Both the position numbers and the translations under genes were made by a program. From Hyphomicrobiales bacterium (lineage in GTDB: Bacteria; Bacteroidota; Bacteroidia; Bacteroidales; JBGRPZ01): a stretch of DNA of 64,000 bases. The stretch lies in assembly GCA_041725915.1 (NCBI GenBank), contig JBGRPZ010000003.1, positions 5,209 through 69,208 on the forward strand. Direction: 5' to 3'. This document shows positions 18,939-26,875 of the stretch, piece by piece; position 1 is the stretch's first letter, and every line of letters begins with the position of its first letter. Below the pieces are notes generated by a model. That model searched no databases. It was given only the letters and a program-made list of their open reading frames with translations, and was not told the DNA's origin.

Positions 18939-19152
18939 AAACAACGAGACCTTCGTCAATCTTAGGACTGAGGCGTTCAACTCAAATGATACGGGTATGG
19001 TAGTTAAATTCGCTTTTGTAGCACAAATGCCGAACCGGAATTTGACTACCATACCCGTATCATAAAGTAAAGAACGTGTCAGTGACGCGTGAGAAATCTA
19101 TTTACATGAATGGCGATCCACCATTCGGTTTGCAAGGTCAATCTCGTTGTTT
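18939..19152 (-). ncRNA. Retron msr-msd-like structured ncRNA, copy B (RT-distal)
   Basis: A perfect 11-bp terminal inverted repeat pairs aaacaacgaga (18939-18949) with tctcgttgttt (19142-19152). Hairpins lie at 19108-19126 and 19074-19090. The 78-nt long hairpin at 18986-19063 has arms that differ from copy A at about 9 positions, each compensated on the opposite arm. Confidence 0.65.
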
Positions 19153-19161
19153 ATCTGAGTA

Positions 19162-19169
19162 CAAATATA
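19162..19169 (-). promoter_or_regulatory. Candidate Bacteroidota -7 promoter box (TAnnTTTG) just upstream of ncRNA copy B
   Basis: The minus-sense sequence reads TATATTTG. It ends about 8-10 nt before the first base of the copy-B terminal stem (19152-19154), in the 50-nt gap after the SWIM stop codon. This is consensus matching only. Confidence 0.3.
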
Positions 19170-19202
19170 AGAAATTATCTCATACTACAATAACTTTTTC
19201 TA

Positions 19203-20828
19203 TTATTTTTTACATAAATATTTCATTCTTAAAGCAAGGATATGTTCGCATGGTCCTCCATTAGAACCATTCTGGTACATATAAGAACAATTACACTTCA
19301 TTTGCTTTATTCTCAAGTCTTTATTCATATGAAGCACAGCATCTTTTCCGGACACATTAGCTTGAACTTTAATATAGTCATCTGATTCCTCAGCATTAAA
19401 ATTCTTGATAAAATTATTATCAAAAAAGTATGCCGCCTTTTTCTCTTGTTCAGAAGCAAATTTAAGTTGATCCATAGGGAGAGGATCTTTTGTCAGCTCC
19501 CTGATTCTATATACTTCTTTATTGATGTCATAAATAATTCTTCCAGACTCAGCATAATCAAAAAGTACGCTTTCAACAACATTTTTGTCCATATTTAGGC
19601 TAGAAGCAAGGGAATTGGAAGTATTGAGCCAATCGCCTTTCAACTTATTGTAAACCAGTTGTTGAGTATGAGCATCTGTTTCAACTTTATTGGCAAACAA
19701 GGTAAAGTTGCTATTACTAGACCAGTCATTAGCACTCCAGCCAGACAATCCAAGAGTAAAAGACATTTCACCAAGATCAGCAACATAGAATGAAGGAAGA
19801 CCAGAACCCATAAGTCTTACTTTTATAGACTTACATATTGGCAACAATCTTTCCAGTATAAGCAATCTTCTTCTACCCCAGATTTTTATTTCCTGAGGTT
19901 TATCTCCTTTATAGATAGATCTTGAACAATTTACAGTAATTCCCCAAGGAGCAAAAACAGCTTTTATAGGTTTACCAGGTTCAAGAATATATTTAATATA
20001 TCGAGGACTTTCTTTTTCCTTGTGTTTTTTCAGTACGAGTAAGAAGTTAGCCATATCCATTGGATGAAGCTCAAAGCTAACATCTGAAAGAGTCATAGCA
20101 GAACTTACCTGAAGAAAACCCCTTACCCATGATTCAGGAAGGTCAATTTTCATCTCTTTGAAATGATCTTCATTTGTTGTTTGCATCTCGAAACCAGAAG
20201 GATCAATCTTCAATTGAGTATTCTTATAATCTCTGATTTTCTGGAACTCATTATAAAGAGCAGCAGAATAATCAATATTAGTAGTACCATAAGCCATTTC
20301 AGATACATTATCGAAAACGTTATGACTACAACTCAATTTACCATAAGAAGATTCATCTTTACTGAAGCATTCAAAGAAGATTTCATCAGGATGAACAGTA
20401 ATAACAGGGTCAAGTACCAACCAAGATGTATAATCTCTATCATACAAGTAGCTATAGTATTTTGCTCTTGCATTATAAAAAGGGCCAATTACTTTTTGCT
20501 TTTCAGTACGAACCTCTTTAAGTTCTTTCGACAAAGGATCAATCTTTTCTCTAATTGCATCAGCCTTAGTCATATATTCAGCAATCCAAAGATCTTCTTG
20601 CTCAGCAACCCATTTTTTATACTCTTCACGATCTTTAGGAACAAATCTCATATCAGAGATCACCACATCATGAAGAGAAGATATTGCTTCACGAAAAGGG
20701 ATATGCATATTCAGATCACCCACGAAATAAGTAGGGTCTCTCAATACATCAGGAACAAAGTTCATCCCTGTTTGATTACCTTTAGACTGGACGGATGACG
20801 ATCCACTATATTTATGGTTGAAAATCAT
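19203..20828 (-). CDS. SWIM zinc-finger protein (large N-terminal unassigned region + C-terminal SWIM)
   Basis: 541-aa ORF. The C-terminal 'CNCSYMYQNGSNGGPCEHILALR' fits the SWIM CxCx(n)CxH signature. The start is 5 nt after the stop of the upstream WGR/HEAT gene. Confidence 0.8.
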   Translation of the reverse strand: MIFNHKYSGSSSVQSKGNQTGMNFVPDVLRDPTYFVGDLNMHIPFREAISSLHDVVISDMRFVPKDREEYKKWVAEQEDLWIAEYMTKADAIREKIDPLSKELKEVRTEKQKVIGPFYNARAKYYSYLYDRDYTSWLVLDPVITVHPDEIFFECFSKDESSYGKLSCSHNVFDNVSEMAYGTTNIDYSAALYNEFQKIRDYKNTQLKIDPSGFEMQTTNEDHFKEMKIDLPESWVRGFLQVSSAMTLSDVSFELHPMDMANFLLVLKKHKEKESPRYIKYILEPGKPIKAVFAPWGITVNCSRSIYKGDKPQEIKIWGRRRLLILERLLPICKSIKVRLMGSGLPSFYVADLGEMSFTLGLSGWSANDWSSNSNFTLFANKVETDAHTQQLVYNKLKGDWLNTSNSLASSLNMDKNVVESVLFDYAESGRIIYDINKEVYRIRELTKDPLPMDQLKFASEQEKKAAYFFDNNFIKNFNAEESDDYIKVQANVSGKDAVLHMNKDLRIKQMKCNCSYMYQNGSNGGPCEHILALRMKYLCKK

Positions 20829-20833
20829 GCTTC

Positions 20834-23800
20834 TTAAAATTGTTTGGTTTCAATCTTCTTTTCTTTCAATAAAACAGGCATATTCGGATAAGAATCCTGA
20901 ATACCAGAGAGTATTTCAATACATTTCGCTTTATCACCAATAGCCATAGTCAAGGAAATACGATTAAGGATATGAGTAACAGCCTCTGCTATCTTTTCAT
21001 TATGCATAGCCTGATTTTTCAAAAAAGAAAATACTCTATCCTTGACAACTCTGGCTTTATTGATATGACTTAAAACAGTATTGAAATAAGGAAGTAGATT
21101 TAATATCACCTCTTCATTGCCTGCCGCATAAGTTTCAATATAGTTACTTACAAAAAGCTGAAGATTCTTAGATGGATGTTGGCTTAACTTCAGTAGGTAG
21201 TCCATACCATCCACATCTTTAAAGAAACGAACCGCTAGGTTACGTCCAAAAGTTTGAACATCATCCCTAACACTATCACAGATATTAATGATAATATCAG
21301 AATTCCATTCATTCTCTGTATAATATTTATTGAAGAAATCAAAAGCGAATTTCCTGCTATCTTCCCATTTTGCATCAAGGATCTTCAAGGCTTCATCTTT
21401 ATAATACTTTACCTTGTCAACATTTGACTCAAAATAATTCCAGCATGTCTTACGCATAGTATAGACTTCAGAAGAAGCGAGTTTTGCAATGTCTATCATA
21501 TCCATTGTTTCAATGATATTATGATCATTGAACAACTTAGAACCTAAATCCTGAGCAACATTATATCTTGATTCTACAAGCTTAAACACATAATCATGTT
21601 TGATAAACTTCAGATAATAGCTCAATTCATCACTTAATAACTTCTGTATACTTTCATGAACACCTTCATACTTCTCCTTTTTCCATAAATAAGAAATAAG
21701 GCTTGCTGTCAAATTAGCACCATATTGATCATCAATAAGAGTAATTTTCTTGATGATTGGACTTATAGCATCTCTTGCATCAGCATACTTAGAAATACAT
21801 AAAGAAGCTACTAATGAACTTTTCTCTTGTAGCTTATCAATATTATATTGATCCAGAAGACTAATACCTAACATTCTGTTTGCTTCATTATCTGAATCAA
21901 GAAAAGCAAGCAAATACTTATTAGCAGATTCCTCAAAAGGTGTAGATGCTAACAAGATATGCTTAAGGAGAATCATGTTTGTATATGTGTTTGTACTGAT
22001 AAGATACTCCCTCAATTTATCAGATTGACCTCCTAATACAAGCTTACAATACTTCAGTAACATCTCACTAATTCGTATTACAGTCTCTGTATCCTCAGCA
22101 TTCAATTCATTCACAATAAATCCGCCAGCATCAGAAACCAAGTCTTCTTGCTGAGCAGTTGTAAACTCAGAAGAATGAGCCAAAGCCCAAAAGTGAGTCT
22201 TATTATATTTAGATATCAACAATCGGGTTAATAACCCAAAGTTAGATACAATGTCATCCTTACGCTGATTAGCCAAAAAGACACCCATATCACGAGCTTT
22301 CTCTGAAGCACTATTCATAAGACCTATAATAAGATCGAGATCTAATTCCTGATCTACTCTTGTAGCTAATACTGATAAGCCTATATTTACTGAAGAAGGA
22401 TTATCAGACTTCAACATAGCCAATAAGGCAGATTCATCAACAAGATCTTTCCATTTAGGATGATCATTAAACACCTTTGAAGCGAACTCAGCTACCTGCT
22501 CGATATGAGCCTCACATAATAATTTAATGATACTTTGAGGATCATTATTCCATAACTCCTGATTTAACTCCTCCCTTCCTGCAGGTGCTGCATCTTCTGG
22601 TTTAATTCCATTTTTATATATCCAGGCATCATAATATCCACTATACTGATACCTTAATTCATTGGCATATAATATTTGATTTAACAACCCTTCTTTAGGG
22701 AATGGACTTTTATAAACATCATACCTAATATATTCATCCTTATCATAATCATACCTACCACCTCTGACTTTCTTGATAGGTTGTACATCGATTTGTCTGA
22801 ATTGCAATAGATATTCTGTAGCATACTTTGTATATTCTGAAGAGCCTTGCTTCGCATAGCCCAAGATCTCTCTGGCTACTCTTCTCTTCATATAGTCCTT
22901 AGTTCTACTAGAAAAAGCAAACTTAGTATTATACTCTCTTCCTACTGCTTCCTTAACATCTCTATCAGAATAATAAGCTCCATCAACATAGACATAACCC
23001 TTATTATTATACCCTTCCTTACTAAGCTCCATTTCTCTACCTAGTATAGCATATAATTTATGATCAGAAACAAATTCAGATGCCTTAAAGATATATCTCA
23101 TATACCTGAACGAACCAGGCGCAAAAGGATATACTGCAATTTTATTATATAATACTTCTTTTATATAAGGAAGATGAAAAGAGAATAGAAACAGATCATA
23201 AATCCATTTCTTATTATTTATTGAATAATTATCGTAATAATCATCTAAGGCCTTGGATAGTTGATCTACATCATTACTTTTGAGAAAAGCAAACTCCTCA
23301 GGCGTATAATCAATTAATGATGGTAGATAAGGTTTTTTATCCTCAGCAATATGAAGAAGTGCCACTTGAGCAACACGCCTAACCATATCTTCTTTATCAT
23401 AATAATACAGTTGCTCGAGAGCAGGGACAGCTTTTACATTATTGATCTTTGCCAATGCATAAACACATGAATATCTAACAAAAACATCTTTATGCTTTGT
23501 TAGCTTTATAATATATGACAGCCCTTCTACAAGCTTTTCACGTCCTGCCCTCCATACAATACGAGAAAGTTTATACTCTTGATTTGGTCGATCACCCGAA
23601 GTTAGATTTTTCAGGATCCATGACTCATATTCAGGCTTAGTATCAGTTTTAATCTCTTCTACTTTTGCCTCACTATTTTCCTCATAACCCTTTTTCTTCT
23701 TTGAGTCAACGAGCTTATCAAATGCCTTAATAGCCTTTGCCTCCTCTACTGGTGTTGTTGTCTTTGTTCCTTCTTTAAGGTTTGCACCTCTTTTTCCATA

Positions 23801-23908
23801 GCGGAAATTTACAACATACCCTGATTCTACCCTACACAAATCTACTTCGTATACTTTGTCAGAACCCCCAGTTGTATTATATAAAGTAACCTGTTTTATT
23901 AATTCCAA
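20834..23908 (-). CDS. WGR-domain + HEAT/ARM-repeat protein (MolR/DUF4132-like architecture)
   Basis: 1024-aa ORF with a TTG start as given in the track. The N-terminal WGR-like domain is 'GGSDKVYEVDLCRVESGYVVNFRYGKRGANLKEGTKTTTPVEEAKAIKAFDKLVDSKKKKGYEE'. HEAT-like repeats follow ('DVFVRYSCVYALAKINNVKAVPALEQLYYYDKEDMVRRVAQVALLHI'), and the remainder is all-helical. Confidence 0.75.
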   Translation of the reverse strand: MELIKQVTLYNTTGGSDKVYEVDLCRVESGYVVNFRYGKRGANLKEGTKTTTPVEEAKAIKAFDKLVDSKKKKGYEENSEAKVEEIKTDTKPEYESWILKNLTSGDRPNQEYKLSRIVWRAGREKLVEGLSYIIKLTKHKDVFVRYSCVYALAKINNVKAVPALEQLYYYDKEDMVRRVAQVALLHIAEDKKPYLPSLIDYTPEEFAFLKSNDVDQLSKALDDYYDNYSINNKKWIYDLFLFSFHLPYIKEVLYNKIAVYPFAPGSFRYMRYIFKASEFVSDHKLYAILGREMELSKEGYNNKGYVYVDGAYYSDRDVKEAVGREYNTKFAFSSRTKDYMKRRVAREILGYAKQGSSEYTKYATEYLLQFRQIDVQPIKKVRGGRYDYDKDEYIRYDVYKSPFPKEGLLNQILYANELRYQYSGYYDAWIYKNGIKPEDAAPAGREELNQELWNNDPQSIIKLLCEAHIEQVAEFASKVFNDHPKWKDLVDESALLAMLKSDNPSSVNIGLSVLATRVDQELDLDLIIGLMNSASEKARDMGVFLANQRKDDIVSNFGLLTRLLISKYNKTHFWALAHSSEFTTAQQEDLVSDAGGFIVNELNAEDTETVIRISEMLLKYCKLVLGGQSDKLREYLISTNTYTNMILLKHILLASTPFEESANKYLLAFLDSDNEANRMLGISLLDQYNIDKLQEKSSLVASLCISKYADARDAISPIIKKITLIDDQYGANLTASLISYLWKKEKYEGVHESIQKLLSDELSYYLKFIKHDYVFKLVESRYNVAQDLGSKLFNDHNIIETMDMIDIAKLASSEVYTMRKTCWNYFESNVDKVKYYKDEALKILDAKWEDSRKFAFDFFNKYYTENEWNSDIIINICDSVRDDVQTFGRNLAVRFFKDVDGMDYLLKLSQHPSKNLQLFVSNYIETYAAGNEEVILNLLPYFNTVLSHINKARVVKDRVFSFLKNQAMHNEKIAEAVTHILNRISLTMAIGDKAKCIEILSGIQDSYPNMPVLLKEKKIETKQF

Positions 23909-24381
23909 AGCCGTATAGTTTTATATTTTATATTGTAACAAAGTTGATGAAAATTTATCATGTTCACAATATTTTGCTTATAAAATAGGCGAAATTACTA
24001 TAAACTTTTAACAATAACTCATCATTTTAACTGCTTAGACCTTAATATACCTTTAACATTTATATGATATGTCAATAATCTAATCAAAAACATGGTTCAC
24101 AAATTAATTAATATAATTTACCTTCCAAATATTATTTGCTCTTTTTTTGAATAAATATTATGGAAATGGAAGGATAGAATTACTATCAGGTATTCCCTCA
24201 TGTATTTATATAGAATTGCAGGAGTCAAAGAATAATATCGCCTTACAGTAAGTCAATACTAAATTCTGGTTTATTTCACTTATGATCACTTTATCTAAAT
24301 AAAGAAAAACATATACCTTTGAAGCAGGTTATTATTTAATAATAGAATACATAATATAGCATATACCTAAACCATTTAATT

Positions 24382-25434
24382 ATGATTGATAAAATATCAT
24401 TGAAAAATTTTCAAATCTTTACTTCCTTTGAAACAAATGATTTAAAACCTATCAATATAATTATAGGGAAAAACGACACAGGTAAAACGGGTCTGCTTAA
24501 GCTGTTGTATACATACACAAAGTCGTTAGATGAATATGCCATCGAACAAAGAAATGCGAATTCGCCAAGATCTATAAAAGAAATCTTAAGCAAGAAAGTT
24601 ATTAACACCTTCTCCGGAATAGGCAAACTCGTAAATAAAGGCTCAAATGAAAAGCTGGAAGCCAATATTTATTACTCATCCGGTAACCAGCTTGAAGCTT
24701 CCTTCACTAAGACTACCGAAAAGCAAATCAATCAGTGTTCTATCCCTGAAAACAGAAGTTCACAAACAGAGAATGCTATATTCATCCCCGCTAAGGAAGT
24801 ACTTTCTATTATAAATACCATAAGGTTTGTACGAGAATCATTCAAGATATTAGACTTTGATGATACTTATTATGATCTTGCCAAATCACTATCAATACCT
24901 CCAATAAAAGAATCAAAATCAGAAATCAATCTGAAGAATATCTATTCAAAGCTTAGTGATATACTTAAAGGCGATATTGTTCCCAAAGAACAAAACCAGC
25001 TTATCAAGGAGTTTATATTCAGAAAAAATAAATCTGAATTTGACATGTCTATGACTGCTGAAGGAATTAAGAAACTTGGTGCTATTAAGCTTTTGTTAGA
25101 GAATGGCCAAATAAACAAAGACACTATCTTATTTATTGATGAGCCTGATGCTAATTTACATCCTGATGCTATACGTAAACTTTGTGAAATCCTATATCTA
25201 TTAAGTAAAGAAGGAATTCAAATATTCCTTGCTACACACAATTACTTTATGATCAACCAATTCTCTATTCTCGCCAGAAGAGAGGACTATTCTATTAATT
25301 GTATTGTACTCACTAAAGATAACAACTCAATATCTAATACTACTTCTGATCTAAAATATGCACAACCAGACAATTCAATTATTAATGAGGCTCTGGATAT
25401 GTTAGATGATGAAATGGATTTAGATATTGAATAA
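24382..25434 (+). CDS. ABC-type AAA ATPase (AAA_15/AAA_21-like, no coiled-coil insert)
   Basis: 350-aa ORF. 'ISLKNFQIFTSFETNDLKPINIIIGKNDTGKTGLLKLLY' carries Walker A, 'ILFIDEPDANLHPDAIRKL' carries Walker B/D-loop, and 'FLATHNYFM' carries the H-loop. Confidence 0.8.
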   Translation: MIDKISLKNFQIFTSFETNDLKPINIIIGKNDTGKTGLLKLLYTYTKSLDEYAIEQRNANSPRSIKEILSKKVINTFSGIGKLVNKGSNEKLEANIYYSSGNQLEASFTKTTEKQINQCSIPENRSSQTENAIFIPAKEVLSIINTIRFVRESFKILDFDDTYYDLAKSLSIPPIKESKSEINLKNIYSKLSDILKGDIVPKEQNQLIKEFIFRKNKSEFDMSMTAEGIKKLGAIKLLLENGQINKDTILFIDEPDANLHPDAIRKLCEILYLLSKEGIQIFLATHNYFMINQFSILARREDYSINCIVLTKDNNSISNTTSDLKYAQPDNSIINEALDMLDDEMDLDIE

Positions 25435-25951
25435 TATGAATACAATTATAGAAAGTGGTATTACATTAAACTTACCAGAAGACAGAAGTTTTCGCTTTGA
25501 AAATTGCAAAAGTTATAAAGAAATTAACGGTTTTTCTTTCAAAGAAATGGATGCCTGTTGGTATGATAATAAAAAGCAAACATTATACTTAGTAGAATTG
25601 AAGGATTATAGTCAAGTACCTAATACAAGAGAAAAAAGCAGAGATCTCATTACAAACTTAGTAAAGAAATCTACCGATAGCCTGCAAATGGTTCTTGCTA
25701 TGCTGCTTGATACTGAACATGGAAACAAGTTTCAAGCTGAAATTGGATGGGATTTACCTGTAGGCACTTCGCTGAAATTCATCTCTATAATCAAGACAGA
25801 ATCATATATAAAAAAGTATTTTCAGTCTTTAAATCAAGGATACAAAACAAAATTCTCCCCTTTTAAAAAGTTGTATAATCCATTTATTGATATCAAAGCC
25901 TTTGTGATCAACTATGATAAAGCGAAAGAAAAGTTTGAATGGGTAAAATAG
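25427..25951 (+). CDS. Small hypothetical protein, possible PD-(D/E)xK-fold nuclease, translationally coupled to the ATPase
   Basis: 174-aa ORF overlapping the ATPase stop by 8 nt. 'FKEMDACWYDNKKQTLYLVELKDY' gives a D-x16-E-x-K arrangement compatible with a restriction-endonuclease-like core. The motif match is weak. Confidence 0.4.
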   Translation: MNNMNTIIESGITLNLPEDRSFRFENCKSYKEINGFSFKEMDACWYDNKKQTLYLVELKDYSQVPNTREKSRDLITNLVKKSTDSLQMVLAMLLDTEHGNKFQAEIGWDLPVGTSLKFISIIKTESYIKKYFQSLNQGYKTKFSPFKKLYNPFIDIKAFVINYDKAKEKFEWVK

Positions 25952-26159
25952 ACACAAGTCTTATACTACATAACAAACCTTTCCAAATCATGCATAAGAC
26001 AAACACACAAATACTACTATAAAATTCACATATATTAATATCAAAAAAAATATTCCCCAATAATTACATCATCCCATATTTATAAGTGCAACCCCAATAA
26101 TAGGGAGTGATTTCGAAGCAATATCTATATTTTCATACATATATATATAGTCTCAACAC

Positions 26160-26360
26160 TATTATATATAGATACTCACCAGCGTTTAGTATAGATAGTC
26201 ATTGATATTATATATAGATATTCACCAGCAGTAGATATAGGGATTCACCACTTTATATATAGATACTCACCGCAGTATATATAGATATTCACCGCAGTAT
26301 ATATCTATATATAATGTTGTTTAGTATAGATAGATAATCGTATTTAGTATAGATACCCAC
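26160..26360. repeat. Iteron-like direct repeats (TATATAGATAYTCACC core; three perfect 22-bp-phased units) plus TTTAGTATAGATA repeats
   Basis: TCACC cores occur at 26176, 26222, 26245, 26267 and 26289, with spacings of 46, 23, 22 and 22 bp. tttagtatagata occurs at about 26185, 26320 and 26343. The flanks are AT-rich. Confidence 0.75.
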
Positions 26361-26875
26361 TTGTAAGCCTTACTATACAATGGATACAAAAGCTCAATCT
26401 TCATACATGAAAAGTATGGTTTTCTGCTATCTTTAGAGTATTTAAAGCTATCAAAATCAAGAACTAAGTATCTTATTGAGTTAATGCTTATTTTCAGAAT
26501 CATTTTAACCTCAAAATTGGCAAAATAAGGGGTTATTTTGGGTCAATCAATGGGAAAGTATAGGTGAAAAAATAGTGAAATGGTTGTTTTATTCCATTTT
26601 TACAAAAAAAACACCCTGTTTTTTACAACTGATAGGCCTGCATTAACAAGATACATATATACGCAATAACACCATGCATAATAACAAAACTGAATAATCA
26701 ACTAAATTCATTCATATACAAATAAACTCTTTCGTATACATAAACAATAGCATTTCGGGGTTATAATATAAAGTTTCTTGCATATAAGTTTAAATACAGC
26801 AAGAATCGACAACTTTTTATACTTTCAATACTCTACTTTTGCTTCAACAAAATAGCACTCACAACTAAATATATA

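Noticed and set aside
18532-19152. I considered whether the two near-identical repeats next to an RT are a diversity-generating retroelement (template repeat / variable repeat).
   Set aside because: The differences are not adenine-specific. They occur in pairs that preserve a hairpin, and both copies are non-coding with no target gene. RT motif B reads QGAPSSP with retron NAxxH/VTG motifs rather than DGR-type features.
19076-19264. A 62-aa plus-strand ORF overlaps ncRNA copy B and the SWIM gene end.
   Set aside because: It lies across a structured repeat and is antisense to a supported gene. The equivalent region of copy A is not open, so it is not a conserved coding feature.
20163-20798. 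A 211-aa plus-strand ORF.
   Set aside because: It is antisense to the SWIM-protein gene and has an Ile/Phe/Ser-rich shadow-ORF composition.
26160-26360. I considered whether the iteron-like array is a functional plasmid or phage replication origin.
   Set aside because: No rep/initiator gene, partition gene or DnaA-box cluster is visible nearby. It is reported only as an unexplained repeat.
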